The translations under genes and the position numbers were made by a program. The notes beneath the pieces are model-generated. The model saw nothing but the letters and a program-made list of their open reading frames with translations. It did no database searches and was not told the origin of the DNA. A stretch of DNA of 64,000 nucleotides from a virus: the IMG/VR virus record IMGVR_UViG_3300042396_000450, positions 1 through 64,000 of that record. One strand, given 5' to 3'. Position 1 is the first letter of the stretch, and every line of letters starts with the position of its first letter. Below are positions 39,498 to 51,000 of this stretch, one piece after another.

Positions 39498-40121
39498 ATG
39501 TATCAATTTAGTATTTCAATTCCTCTAATTAAATGTTACGTTCGCAATGAATATCTATTTAACTTAGAATCTGGTTATGGTGAATTTACTCCAGTTGTTG
39601 TGTTCGGGTTAACTAGTTTAACTGGACGTGCAATTGGATTTCACATAATGACTAATGGTGGCGCACAAATAGCACGAGTTCCAATTAGTGCATTAGTTAG
39701 TAGAGTTGATGCAAATAACTTAAATCTTGATTGGTTACAATTATGGGATTGTTTCAGTTATCAAACTCAAGTTGTTTCTTACGATTATCTGAAGGAAATG
39801 AAATGTAAGGTTCTACTTAAAGATAAGAACTGGTATCAAGGTGAATATGTATTTACTATTGATTGGATAGGTGGTGATTGGGCAGAAGAAGCTAGTGATT
39901 ATAAATGTGGACATCTAATTAAATTAGATAATGGATGTTATGCAATTCAACCTAATAATCGTATCTATTGGTTAGGTGATCCATCATTCATAACAGAACC
40001 ATTAACTGAGTTTCCTGGTTATAAGATTAATACTCATAATTGGAAGTGCGAGAATCAAGATAAATGGGTAACTGAGAATACAGATAATTATTTTTATCAT
40101 ATTGACAAAGTTGAAGAATAG
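39498..40121 (+). CDS. conserved phage hypothetical protein
   Basis: CYVRNEYL, LQLWDCFSY, YVFTIDW, LDNGCYAIQPNNRI resemble a family I recall from aquatic phages. Confidence 0.6.
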   Translation: MYQFSISIPLIKCYVRNEYLFNLESGYGEFTPVVVFGLTSLTGRAIGFHIMTNGGAQIARVPISALVSRVDANNLNLDWLQLWDCFSYQTQVVSYDYLKEMKCKVLLKDKNWYQGEYVFTIDWIGGDWAEEASDYKCGHLIKLDNGCYAIQPNNRIYWLGDPSFITEPLTEFPGYKINTHNWKCENQDKWVTENTDNYFYHIDKVEE

Positions 40122-40130
40122 AGTTATAGT
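40102..40130 (+). promoter_or_regulatory. near-consensus sigma70 promoter for the tRNA unit
   Basis: TTGACA-17 nt-TATAGT. Confidence 0.75.
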
Positions 40131-40277
40131 AACTAATGTTAGACGTAGGTACTCCTTGATATACTAGCAGAATATCCGACCCTACGTTATGATATTACTA
40201 GGAGTTAATTACTAACTCAAAGAGTTATCAAGTTATCATAACTGTTAGTCGGTGAAACATTAAGGATAACTCTCCAA

Positions 40278-40351
40278 CCAAACCTGGGCTAATGGTAAGC
40301 CGCCTCTTTTGGGAAGAGGACATCATGAAAGTTCAATTCTTTCGGTTTGGA
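40278..40351 (+). tRNA. trnP: tRNA-Pro(UGG), CCA not encoded
   Basis: Acceptor ccaaacc/ggtttgg plus discriminator A; D stem ggct/agcc; anticodon stem cctct/agagg with loop ttTGGga; T arm gaaag-ttcaatt-ctttc. Confidence 0.9.
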
Positions 40352-40376
40352 TTGTTTGTGACATATATTGCCTCCT

Positions 40377-40407
40377 AACTCAAGTATTAGCGTACTTGAG
40401 TTTTTTA
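40377..40407 (+). terminator. intrinsic terminator
   Basis: aactcaagta-ttagcg-tacttgagtt plus T-run. Confidence 0.8.
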
Positions 40408-40469
40408 TTATCCTTGTCATTTTGAAATAAAGGTACTATACTTTAAACAGTAGTCACAAGGTTAATAAT

Positions 40470-41324
40470 ATGAGTGAGATAACTTACGCACAATCTTATA
40501 TTGGTGAAGATGATATTGAATTGTATGTAACTAACGATGGTAAAGTTACAGGAGTTAGTCTATCAGGACTTGCTAAATTATGTGGTGTAACTAGAAAAGC
40601 AATAAGTCAAGTTACTAACAGCTTAACAGCACCCGGAACGAATACATACCCGAAATCGCTAGAACCCTTAGCTGGTAAGGTTTTTAACCCGGAAGTAACT
40701 GGAGAACGAGGTGCAAAAATAGTAATGGAAGATGTTGCAATTAGAATAGTTGAGTATTACGCTTATGAATCTAGAGTTAAAACAGATGTAGCTAAAACTA
40801 ATTTTCGTTTGTTAGCACAGAAAGGTTTAAATGCTTATATTAAAGAACTTACACCAACTGATAATGTAACATCAGTTAACTTAAATGACATTCAGAATAC
40901 ATTAACTCAACTTCTATTAAAGGTAGATGAGAATAATAAACAACTACTTGAGAATCAACAGATAGTAGTTGAATATAAACAACTTAGAAATACAACAGTT
41001 ACTATTATTCCAGGAGTAGATAAATTATTAAACGATTATTTAGAATTAGATAGTGATTTAACATTAACATCTAGTGATAGAATACCTTTAACTAAATGGT
41101 TAGAAGTTGAGAAAGGTTGTACATTAGATAGAAAAACACTACATAAGTTAGCTCACTTAGTTAGTGGTGCTTATAAGTCAACCACAAATAAAGAACCAGT
41201 TAGAGGTACATTTGTTAAACGTATTGTTAATGGTAAGAAAAAAGTACAAGCTAATACTTGTTTATATTCGTCAGATGAATTTCCAATATTAGAGATGGCA
41301 TTTAATAATTTAATGGGGGTTTAA
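40470..41324 (+). CDS. antirepressor-like DNA-binding protein (paralog 2 of 3)
   Basis: GVSLSGLAKLCGV...IVEYYAYES...EYKQLRNTTVT, colinear with 25130..25948. Confidence 0.55.
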   Translation: MSEITYAQSYIGEDDIELYVTNDGKVTGVSLSGLAKLCGVTRKAISQVTNSLTAPGTNTYPKSLEPLAGKVFNPEVTGERGAKIVMEDVAIRIVEYYAYESRVKTDVAKTNFRLLAQKGLNAYIKELTPTDNVTSVNLNDIQNTLTQLLLKVDENNKQLLENQQIVVEYKQLRNTTVTIIPGVDKLLNDYLELDSDLTLTSSDRIPLTKWLEVEKGCTLDRKTLHKLAHLVSGAYKSTTNKEPVRGTFVKRIVNGKKKVQANTCLYSSDEFPILEMAFNNLMGV

Positions 41325-41327
41325 GTT

Positions 41328-41714
41328 ATGAATAATCAATTAGTTAAGTTAAGTAAAAAAAATAATATAGTAGCGGCATTTATTGAACATTACAAATTAG
41401 GATTAATAGATTACAATGTAATGCTAAAACAACTAACGTTAACTTTATGGGAAGTTACAAACACATTAATTGATGAATTTAAGTTACGTAAAGTAATTGA
41501 TCCAATTCAATTAGTTAAATTAGATGATGTTCAAATTGAGTTAGAATACCTCTACTTAATTAACTACATTCAACCTCATTTAGAATGTTTAGCTATCTAT
41601 ATGAAATCACATGAGGTAGAAGTAAACACAATTAAAAGTTATATTATTAATAACGATAACTTAAATGAAGTTAATATTGATGATATAACTATGTTAAATA
41701 ACTTACTATTTTAA
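41328..41714 (+). CDS. hypothetical protein
   Basis: ORF in operon. Confidence 0.5.
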   Translation: MNNQLVKLSKKNNIVAAFIEHYKLGLIDYNVMLKQLTLTLWEVTNTLIDEFKLRKVIDPIQLVKLDDVQIELEYLYLINYIQPHLECLAIYMKSHEVEVNTIKSYIINNDNLNEVNIDDITMLNNLLF

Positions 41715-41719
41715 ACAAC

Positions 41720-41854
41720 ATGATTAACAACAAATTAACTGGTACTTTAGTTACAGATAAACTAGTACCTCTATATGATAAAGATAACAAGTTAATAGGT
41801 TACTTTAATAATCCATTAGCAGATCCTAAGTTAGTTAAAGAAGTATTTAAATAG
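41720..41854 (+). CDS. small hypothetical protein (44 aa), not in track
   Basis: MINNKLTGTLVTDKLVPLYDKDNKLIGYFNNPLADPKLVKEVFK, ends at the terminator. Confidence 0.45.
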   Translation: MINNKLTGTLVTDKLVPLYDKDNKLIGYFNNPLADPKLVKEVFK

Positions 41855-41858
41855 ATAA

Positions 41859-41894
41859 AATAAATCCACTAGCAATTAAGTTAGTGGATTTATT
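41859..41894. terminator. hairpin terminator between convergent operons
   Basis: aataaatccactag...ttagtggatttatt. Confidence 0.65.
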
Positions 41895-41968
41895 AGTATG
41901 TTATTTATCTCGTCTGTTAAGCTTCGCCATTAACAATAGATAAACTAATCTAGATATGCCATTATATC

Positions 41969-42148
41969 TCATACGTAACTAACTCTAACTATCTCACAGT
42001 TAACATATCTACTTTTAATTACATTACCAGCTAACTGATGATTACACTTCTCACGATTAACAGTTACATTAACTAACTCATTAGCACCAATACACCAATG
42101 TCCATCTGATTTAAGATAGTTAAATTTAACATCATATTGTTCAATCAT
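41969..42148 (-). CDS. small hypothetical protein (59 aa), not in track
   Basis: MIEQYDVKFNYLKSDGHWCIG..., ATGA overlap with the dps stop. Confidence 0.5.
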   Translation of the reverse strand: MIEQYDVKFNYLKSDGHWCIGANELVNVTVNREKCNHQLAGNVIKSRYVNCEIVRVSYV

Positions 42149-42684
42149 TGCAAGTGCTTCTCTATTAAATAAACAAACTTAATTAACGTAGCTGCTAATT
42201 CTAATAATGTATTAGCATTAACTCTATCACCATTATCATCTAAATCATTACTACAATCAGTAACTTCTTTAATAACGTAAGAAAATAGAGTAGCTAGTTT
42301 AGTGAGACATTCATTACTATCACTACAACAACTGATAATATCAACGTTAGATAACTCAGTTGTATTACAACTAATAGTAGCATTACCTCCAAATGCTACT
42401 ATAACTTCAGCAATAACATCAACATAACTATCTAACTCACTTTGAATATCATCTAACATACTATGAACTGCTTTAAAGTTCATACCTTTAATGTTCCAAT
42501 GACTTATTCTAGTTAAGTTACGTAAATCAAACAGTAGATTAAGTAACTCACTTAACTTAGTTACAGAATGGGTGCGGATCTCAGGACTAATTAATAAACT
42601 AGTTACATTAGGAGTATTAGTAACTGTAGTTGCTGCAAATGTAGATAATCTTCTGTTAGCTAATGCTTCTTTAATCTTATTCAT
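42145..42684 (-). CDS. dps: Dps-family ferritin-like protein
   Basis: HWNIKGMNFKAVHSMLD...DVIAE ferroxidase signature. Confidence 0.88.
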   Translation of the reverse strand: MNKIKEALANRRLSTFAATTVTNTPNVTSLLISPEIRTHSVTKLSELLNLLFDLRNLTRISHWNIKGMNFKAVHSMLDDIQSELDSYVDVIAEVIVAFGGNATISCNTTELSNVDIISCCSDSNECLTKLATLFSYVIKEVTDCSNDLDDNGDRVNANTLLELAATLIKFVYLIEKHLQ

Positions 42685-43160
42685 CTATTGTCACCACTAC
42701 CTTTTAATGTGTTGTTTACATCACGTTTAGTTAACTTAGCTACGTTAATCTCAATTAACTCTTCTGTAGTTAAATTAAGTTGTTTTAATTCATTTATTAT
42801 AAAGTCATGATAACTAAGCAGTGTAAATACACAATCAGTTGTATTATTATCACCTCTATATAGTCGCTTTAAAAATCCCGCTAACTGCAATGATAATTCA
42901 CTAACTGATAATAAATTATCAAACTCAAATTTTAAAGCTGATTTTAATGGAGGAAATCCTACTTTATTTAAAGCTAATACTAAATAAGCTAGTACGTCAC
43001 CTAACTCTTTTTTCTTACTTAACTCATCATCTGCTAAATTATATTCATTAAGTTCTTCTATTAATCCTGCAATATAAACAGTCAATTTGCTTCGCTCATC
43101 TGCAATTGCATACTTATTACTAAATTCAATTAACCAAGTTGAGTATTCATTTAAGTTCAT
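42681..43160 (-). CDS. MazG-like NTP pyrophosphohydrolase
   Basis: GLIEELNE...KKELGDVLAY, NVAKLTKR...GSGDNR. Confidence 0.8.
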   Translation of the reverse strand: MNLNEYSTWLIEFSNKYAIADERSKLTVYIAGLIEELNEYNLADDELSKKKELGDVLAYLVLALNKVGFPPLKSALKFEFDNLLSVSELSLQLAGFLKRLYRGDNNTTDCVFTLLSYHDFIINELKQLNLTTEELIEINVAKLTKRDVNNTLKGSGDNR

Positions 43161-43663
43161 ATAATTTCACTAATAAGTCCTAATTCTAAAGCTTGTTGTG
43201 CAGTTAAATATGTATCTTTCAACATCATATTGCTAGTTAACTTAGTGTCTTTATAACACTCCATACAATATGACTCTAATTTATCCCACCAATCAATTAC
43301 ATTCTTAGTTCCAGTTAAATCATGCTTAATACTACCTCTTAATTCATGTACCATAAATGTTGTATAACTACTACACTTACTAGTAGCTGCACATAATAAT
43401 AATGTACCACCACTAGCTACATAACCTTCTGCAATAATAGTTATATTAAGTGAACTACGTTTAATAACTTCATACATCTTAAGTGAACTAGTTACACATC
43501 CACCATAACAATCTAGATAAATAGTAATTGATTTATCAGCAGATGATTTTAAATTAGATTCTAATTCACGCAATAGATAAACAAACTTAGTTGATGATAA
43601 GTTATTAATGTTTCCAGTAAAATATAAATCAGTACCTTTATAGAAGCATTCAAATTCGGACAT
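43157..43663 (-). CDS. clpP: ClpP-like serine protease
   Basis: YLDCYGGCV, VASGG (Ser), FMVHE (His), DTYLTAQQALELGLI. Confidence 0.85.
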   Translation of the reverse strand: MSEFECFYKGTDLYFTGNINNLSSTKFVYLLRELESNLKSSADKSITIYLDCYGGCVTSSLKMYEVIKRSSLNITIIAEGYVASGGTLLLCAATSKCSSYTTFMVHELRGSIKHDLTGTKNVIDWWDKLESYCMECYKDTKLTSNMMLKDTYLTAQQALELGLISEII

Positions 43664-43799
43664 TATCTACCTCATTTATTAACTTAGTTAACTTATCTTC
43701 AATAATAACTACACTATCATCATCATCTACACATCTCATCTACACTAAACCATTCTAATTCTATTACTTGTTTCTTACTCATACTTGTTACACTTGTAA

Positions 43800-44312
43800 T
43801 TGACGGAGTTATACACTTTAATTAACATGACTTGCGAATTATCAACAACTAGTTTAATCAAGAATCTATATATAGAATGTCAAACACCTATATTAGATCA
43901 ATTCAGCATAACTAATAGAGCTACATTTAATAGTGTTAGTTATTTAGTTATTCCAGTTATATCATCTAATTATACTAGATTATTAACCGAACGATCAGAA
44001 TTAGTAGATACATTAAATACCGCATTTATTAGACCTAAACCTGTGCGAGTTGGATTTACTGTACGTATAGTTAACAATGATTGGAATGTACATCGTTGTC
44101 TAGAGTTTCTAGCTATTAGTAGTGTTACTAGTAGTTACAATAACTATATTCCAGTAACTGTAATTGATTATGTGCGACCTGAAGTAACTGATGCTACTGC
44201 TACAGTTCGTAAAGGTATGCTAACTTTATCTGCTGGTAATGGTAGAACTGGTAACTATACTGAAGATTATGAGATTACATTTAATGAAATAACTAAACGA
44301 GTGATAATGTAA
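43800..44312 (+). CDS. putative distal tail protein
   Basis: Precedes the large tail-tip-like gene; beta-rich. Confidence 0.4.
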   Translation: MTELYTLINMTCELSTTSLIKNLYIECQTPILDQFSITNRATFNSVSYLVIPVISSNYTRLLTERSELVDTLNTAFIRPKPVRVGFTVRIVNNDWNVHRCLEFLAISSVTSSYNNYIPVTVIDYVRPEVTDATATVRKGMLTLSAGNGRTGNYTEDYEITFNEITKRVIM

Positions 44313-44329
44313 AGGACAAAGTCAACATT

Positions 44330-46993
44330 ATGTTTATTCTTACTAATACAGATTTACCGGAATTAGCAACTACATACTATAACAGTTGTATTAATAGCAT
44401 TCTTAAACAATCAACTAGTTTAACTAATAGTGGTTTAATATCGAAGCTATTTAGTAATGTAACTACAACTATTACAACTGTAACTGCGAATAATAATGGA
44501 ACATACGAATTAACTACAGATACATTACCTGATTTAATAACAACTACAAATGGAACATTCACATTAGCTAAGGATATTAATAACCCTGTTAATGGTGAGT
44601 TTATTTACATTAATAATAAAGTAGTTATTTATAGTGCAGTTAATTTAATTAATGTAACTGTATTTAGTTCACCAATAGTTAATTCACTTAGAATACCTAC
44701 TATAAATGGATTAGCAGGATTGCCAGTTCTATCTAACATAACTATTAGTGAATCATTTCAAGATCATCCAACTGCATCTATTAGTTTAGTTACTAGCGTT
44801 AATTACATTGCTCAAGTTAGAAGTCTATTTAGAGTAAGTAGTTTATTTAATCTCAGTAAATATCAGTTTGTAGTTAATAGTTATAATGAAGAGTTATCTA
44901 GTGATGATGATATATTAAGAGTTAATATTAACCTGCGCGGAAAATGGGATAACTATGTTAATTATCCAATAGCACTTAATAATACAACTGATATTAACAA
45001 TAACTTTCAAGATCCAGAATGTTCAATTGATGCAACTGAAATAGCTAAAACTAAGAAGTACGTAACTATTAATGAAGTTGCTGCTAAAAGTGGAGCTAGG
45101 ATAACTGGCATTGAAGGAACTGTAATTGTAGATAAATCAGATAATAATGCAACTGTAACATTAGGTAGTTTAATTAATGAATACCTTGATATTAATTCTG
45201 CATTTGTTGATTACAATAAACCTGATGTAATAGTATGTAGAAAACTTAATGCTGTTACTAGTTGGACATATAATAGTGATAAGATATTAAGTAACTTTAA
45301 TACTACTATTAATCGTAATTTACCATTACCAATTAACGGTAGTTACGGATCAATCAATAACAACATCAGTTACACATCGTTAGTTCCAACAACTATAACT
45401 AATCGTGTAACATCACTAACTGCTGAAAATACATTTATCATTCCATATCCAACTATCTACAATTACACAACTCCTGATAACTTTAATGACGCTGGTAATA
45501 TAGTTATTGAGGAAGCAACTAAGGATATACAATCTAAGTTTGAAAATCGTAAACCAGTTAAACGTACTTATATTAAAGGTGATTTAGATGCAGCAACTTG
45601 TCCATCTAACATAACTAGACTTAAAACACTTGATCTTAATCATGATAAGAGTGGTGTAACTAAAACTATCATAGATATAACTGAAGAAGATAATAATCCA
45701 ATAAGTGAAGTTACGCGACGTTATGGATTTGCATATACAGCATGGGATATAACATTAATTAGTGGTGAAAGTATTGAATTAGATAGTGCTGCTACTAATT
45801 GGTGGACACTAATTGAAGAAACTAAAACTACATATAACTATGATAATAAAACTGGATATCTACTTGGTTATGATTTAACTGGACGTAAACTAATTCGCGC
45901 CAATATAGAAGGTGATGATAGATATACTCAAGAATATCAACTTGCAGTTAACGATGGTGAAACTCCATCTAGTGCGGATACTGCAACTTATAACACTTAT
46001 CAATTTAAGTTTGTTCGTGTTACAGGAGCTAAGAGATATGAGTTAGCTCAACATAGAGATTACTATCGTCAATTTGGACAACAATCTAAGTTTATTAAAC
46101 AATGCAATAAAGATGGTTCTAGTAGTTATGTAGCAGATCCAACTTATATTGAACCTATGTTTGTAATAGCTGAAGCAGAACAATATAGTTGTTTCTTAAG
46201 TGTTGATAATCCACTTAATTTAGAACGCGAATCAGGAGATCCAGTTGAACCACCATTAACTAGTGGTCAGGAGACATATAATAGAACATTCCTTAAAATA
46301 CTATCATCTAAGAATAGTGCTAAACAACAGAACTTCCGTAGTGACTATCAAGGTGAAGACACTTATATCTCATATACAAGTAACTTTACATCACAAGATC
46401 CTGGATTTCGTGCAGTTACTGAAGAAACAAGTAGTTCAACTAATACAGGAATACCACCTGTACATACTCGTAAACCACCTAAATATGAATTAATTGAACC
46501 TAAGAAAGAAGAAGATAAAGTTACTAATAATTATAGATATGTTTATTGGACAACCCCTTATACTGGTGGTTATCCTAGAACTGGTAGTTATAACTTCGAT
46601 AAAGCTAAGAATATAAATGAAGTAACTGCTGCTGTTAATAATCAACTTAGAATAGATGATATTAGAAATACATTAACATCAACTATGACTATTCCATATA
46701 ACGATAGTATTACAACTGGAGATAAAGTAACTGTTATATTTAATGGTTTACAATGTCGAAGACGAGTAGTTAGTATAACTCATTCTATAGAACAAGAGGT
46801 TACTAATGTTGGTATTGAAACTACAGCAGTAACTAATTTAACTATGGGTATTGATAGAGATATTAGTGTTAGTAGTAAAAAAGAAAAGATAGTTAAACCC
46901 GTTAAACCAACACCTAAAACCCCATCTGATGTTTATGCTGAAGGATTTAAATTAGGTTCATTATTACCAAATACACTAGGACGTGGATCATGA
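44330..46993 (+). CDS. putative tail tip/hub protein
   Basis: 887 aa, T/N-rich; C-terminal GDKVTV...RVVSITHSI resembles hub proteins. Confidence 0.5.
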   Translation: MFILTNTDLPELATTYYNSCINSILKQSTSLTNSGLISKLFSNVTTTITTVTANNNGTYELTTDTLPDLITTTNGTFTLAKDINNPVNGEFIYINNKVVIYSAVNLINVTVFSSPIVNSLRIPTINGLAGLPVLSNITISESFQDHPTASISLVTSVNYIAQVRSLFRVSSLFNLSKYQFVVNSYNEELSSDDDILRVNINLRGKWDNYVNYPIALNNTTDINNNFQDPECSIDATEIAKTKKYVTINEVAAKSGARITGIEGTVIVDKSDNNATVTLGSLINEYLDINSAFVDYNKPDVIVCRKLNAVTSWTYNSDKILSNFNTTINRNLPLPINGSYGSINNNISYTSLVPTTITNRVTSLTAENTFIIPYPTIYNYTTPDNFNDAGNIVIEEATKDIQSKFENRKPVKRTYIKGDLDAATCPSNITRLKTLDLNHDKSGVTKTIIDITEEDNNPISEVTRRYGFAYTAWDITLISGESIELDSAATNWWTLIEETKTTYNYDNKTGYLLGYDLTGRKLIRANIEGDDRYTQEYQLAVNDGETPSSADTATYNTYQFKFVRVTGAKRYELAQHRDYYRQFGQQSKFIKQCNKDGSSSYVADPTYIEPMFVIAEAEQYSCFLSVDNPLNLERESGDPVEPPLTSGQETYNRTFLKILSSKNSAKQQNFRSDYQGEDTYISYTSNFTSQDPGFRAVTEETSSSTNTGIPPVHTRKPPKYELIEPKKEEDKVTNNYRYVYWTTPYTGGYPRTGSYNFDKAKNINEVTAAVNNQLRIDDIRNTLTSTMTIPYNDSITTGDKVTVIFNGLQCRRRVVSITHSIEQEVTNVGIETTAVTNLTMGIDRDISVSSKKEKIVKPVKPTPKTPSDVYAEGFKLGSLLPNTLGRGS

Positions 46994-47160
46994 ACGACTA
47001 TATGAAGTTACTAGAAGATGAGTTAAGAAGACTAGTTAAGAATAAGGTTACAGTTAATGTAGTTAATAGTAATTATGTTATTGATGTTAGAGGTAAACAA
47101 ATAACTGTACCTCTAACAAATACAACAACCGTAAGAAAAAATAGTATTAAGAGTAAGTAG
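46990..47160 (+). CDS. small hypothetical protein (56 aa), not in track
   Basis: MNDYMKLLEDELRRLVKNKV..., ATGA-coupled. N-terminus resembles that of 51930. Confidence 0.45.
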   Translation: MNDYMKLLEDELRRLVKNKVTVNVVNSNYVIDVRGKQITVPLTNTTTVRKNSIKSK

Positions 47161-47566
47161 CGTCCTCGTATTTAAACCTACTATAATAACGTTCCTCTAC
47201 TATATGTTTCTCACTATTTAATACACCATGTAATTTAATATTTCCCTCTTTAATTTGTTGATCTAATGCTAATTTAAGTAAAACTAAATCTATGTTATGT
47301 TTAGTAACTAGTTCATCTAAGGTATAACCTTTAGGTAAACTAGCTTCTTTTAACTGTAATTTAAATAGATCAAGTAATACTGGTTGCACATAATCACTAT
47401 GGCGTAATAAATAGGCGCGATTAATTGATTGTTCTATTTCTAATTTAAGCGTCTCTTCTTTTTTCTTACATTCATAAAGTTCATTTAATTGAGTTAAATA
47501 AACTGGTTTATTATCAACTAATGTTAGTTGAAGTAGTTCATTGATTGCTTTATCTAGGTTATTCAT
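47147..47566 (-). CDS. hypothetical protein
   Basis: Third gene of a coupled minus-strand trio. Confidence 0.55.
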   Translation of the reverse strand: MNNLDKAINELLQLTLVDNKPVYLTQLNELYECKKKEETLKLEIEQSINRAYLLRHSDYVQPVLLDLFKLQLKEASLPKGYTLDELVTKHNIDLVLLKLALDQQIKEGNIKLHGVLNSEKHIVEERYYSRFKYEDATYS

Positions 47567-47814
47567 AGTGCGTTAAGTATGTCAAGGTAACTAACAAGTT
47601 TAATATCAGTAATAACATCTGGTAGATCACAGAATCTCACATTTAAATAATCTTCAACTAATCCATAATAACGTACTGTATTATAACCATTAGCTTTTAA
47701 ATAAATACCAATATTGTGTAGTGTAGCTGTTCTATCAGGTAATCCTTCTAATGGTGGTAATTTACCATTTAAAACATTATTAATAACGTCGCTAACTTGT
47801 TGTTTAGTTATCAT
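47563..47814 (-). CDS. hypothetical protein
   Basis: Ends SYLDILNAL. Confidence 0.55.
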   Translation of the reverse strand: MITKQQVSDVINNVLNGKLPPLEGLPDRTATLHNIGIYLKANGYNTVRYYGLVEDYLNVRFCDLPDVITDIKLVSYLDILNAL

Positions 47815-48059
47815 AGTTTATCTAATATGTCAAGGTAACTAAGTTGTGGTAATTCTTTAACAGCAGATAGATTTATTATTTCTACATTACAAGTTTTCTC
47901 TAACCAAGCTATTGTAGTCATATTAAATGGGTTAGCTATAGCGGACATTTGATTATAAGTACGTCCACTTAATCTAATTGATGTAGGTCTATTACCACTT
48001 TCTTTATAAGAACATCGAATTAAATTGCGGATATATGATTGAGCTTCTTGTAAGTTCAT
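47811..48059 (-). CDS. hypothetical protein
   Basis: Ends SYLDILDKL. Confidence 0.55.
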   Translation of the reverse strand: MNLQEAQSYIRNLIRCSYKESGNRPTSIRLSGRTYNQMSAIANPFNMTTIAWLEKTCNVEIINLSAVKELPQLSYLDILDKL

Positions 48060-48095
48060 ATATTATAATTACTCATATACACTATTTTCTTACTC

Positions 48096-51000
48096 ATGAC
48101 AACAACCTATAGTTCGGGTAAATTACAACTTACATTTAATTCAGGTAATGTATCTGTAGTTAATGGTTCAGGTAACTTAGGAGTTACAGGAACTTACTAT
48201 ATCTCTATTCAAGGTCGGAATCTAATTGGACTTAATCTGAATAGTACATTAGTTCCAGTTACTTTAACTACAACATCTACATTAACTATAACATTACCAT
48301 CATTAGCTAGTGGTGAAACTTGGTCTGACATAGTTATATCAGCATCAACTACTAATAACGTATCTGCCTTAACTCAAGTAATGGTAGTTAATAGTGCTGA
48401 TTTTAATTCGCCAGTTATATTAACTAGTGTTGAGTTGTTCAAGCTAACTACACTTGCTCGTACTGTAGCTAACTCTGCTGCATTACCAGCAACACCAATT
48501 CAGGGACTTATAAGATACATAACTAACCTCAACTACTACTATGAATACGATGAATACAGTACAGCAACTGTAGATAACTTAACTGTATTAACTGCAACTA
48601 CTGGTAGATGGCTTAGAGTAGGTGCAATTAGTACGTATATAACTGATACTACAGCTACAGATGGATGTGATCAAGATGTTCGCACACCTAATCTAATTGT
48701 TAATGCACCATCATATACTTGTGATGGTAGTAAAGGTGATGGAGTTACCTTCTGGTTACGTAATGAATTTAGCACTATTATTTCAAGTGGAACTAGAATT
48801 AGTTGTACTGTGCGATTATTTGAGGAAGATAAATCTCAATTGTTCGATAGTCTCCTAATACTAGAACTACTTGGTTATGTTAATTTAATAACTGGAGTAT
48901 TAGATGCTTCAGTTAGTAGTGGTGAAGTAACTTATCAACCTCGTAGTCAATGGTTAACATTACCAGAGGATCTCGACATTGGTTATGCTGCTGTAGTTAG
49001 AGTTAGTCCTAAATTCACCATTACTGATTTAGATAACAATGTTCCATATCTAGCTAACTTAACTACATACGTTACATTTGCTCCAACTAGCGGTATCTAT
49101 ACTCCTGGTGTATTCGGCAACTTAATTTACAACGAATATGATAAGTGGCGCATTTATTCTGATGTTGGACTTAGTGTAATTAAGAGTAAGGGTAGTGGAA
49201 TAGTTAATAATTATGAACTTAATGATATATCCGCCGAAACTATAACAGGGTTAAGTTCTAATACCGCCAACCAGTATATTTTTCTTACTAGTAATGGTAC
49301 TTCGTTCGCATCAACTACTAGTTCATTCGTTAGTGCAGTTAAGCGATGTGTAGTTAGTACAGTTAATGGTATAGGAACTCCAGTTAGTTATGGTAGCTTC
49401 GCGTTAAATAACACTAAGAAGTTATCTGTAACTGTTAATTATCCAACTAGTGTTAGAAGTAATTATCCTGATGCTCTTATTGCAGGTTCTAGTAAAGGTA
49501 AGTTTAATGCAACTAATGTTGTTATCTATATTAAGAATAGTAGTAATGCCGTATTCGTAACTGAAGTTAACATAACTCCATCTGCTAGTAATGATGTTTA
49601 TGTACTTAATTATAGTGACTTTACTAGTTCTACATTAGCAACACCATCTAGTAATTATGGTTTATATACACCATTAAGTGTAACTACTTCAACTCCATCT
49701 AACAGTAGTACATTTCCTACTGGTAGTTATGAAGTGTTTGTTGCATTTAAATACACTGGAGTTGTTACAGTTATTGATCATAGTGTTAGTGAGTTATATG
49801 AGATAACAAGTAACCTGAGTGAGTTATTCTCAACTAGTGCAACAGTATGGTATAGCGATAATGGTGTTCCTAGTAGTTTAATTGGTGAAGATGGTTCATA
49901 TTATCTTAATTATGATAATGCTAATATTTATAAGAAGGTTAATGATACTTGGAGTTTAGATGGAAATATTAGTGTTATTTCACCTTCATTTACTACTATT
50001 GCAGTTAGTGGACAAAGTAATGTAGTTGCAGATCAAACTAATGATAGTTTAACTCTAGTTGCAGGAACTGGTATTACATTAACTACTAATGCCACAACCG
50101 ATGCTATTACTATTACTGGAACTAGCGTCACTAATACATTTAGTACAATAACTGTAGCTGGACAATCTGATATAGTTGCTGATAATGGAACTGATACATT
50201 AACTATTGCTGCTGGTAGTGGTATTACCTTAACTACAAATTCTGCTACTGATACATTAACTATCGCAGGAACTGCTGTTAGTAATACATTTAGTACAATT
50301 GCAGTTAGTGGTCAATCTGATGTAGTAGCTGATAGTGCCAGTGATACTATTACGTTAGTTGCTGGAACTGGAATGACTATTACAACTAACACCACTACAG
50401 ATACTATTACTTTTGAAAGTAGTGGTGTTAATGTTGATGTTACGCGAACTTCTACAATGTCTAATAGTATTGGAACTGGTAGTAAGACGTTTACTTATAC
50501 TGCTAGTTCTAACTTAGGATGGTTAGTTAGTACGAGATTGCGTGCTGCGTATGATGTTTCTAACTATATGGAAGGTGTAGTTACTGCTGTTAGTAGTACC
50601 TCAGTTACTATTACATCAGATAATGCAGTTGGTAGTGGAACTTATACTAGTTGGAACATAACAATAGCTGGAGATAAAGGTTCTACTGGAAGTGCTGGTA
50701 GTTTAAATGCCGCATCTGGATTTATATTAACTCCTGTTGGAAGTCCCATTACTACATCAACTAACGAAGTTGGTTTCTATGTCGATAGCACTGATAACTT
50801 ATTTAAAACTAGAGACGTTAATAATGGTACAGTTAGAACATTAGCATCATTAAATAGAGTTCAAGCATTTACTCAAACACAATATGCTACACCTGTTATT
50901 AATAATTCTGCTACTGGGACAGTAACTTTAGACGGTAGTGCTAGTAATGTTTTCATACTAACTCTAACTGGAAACCTGACTCTGACCATGAACAACATTC

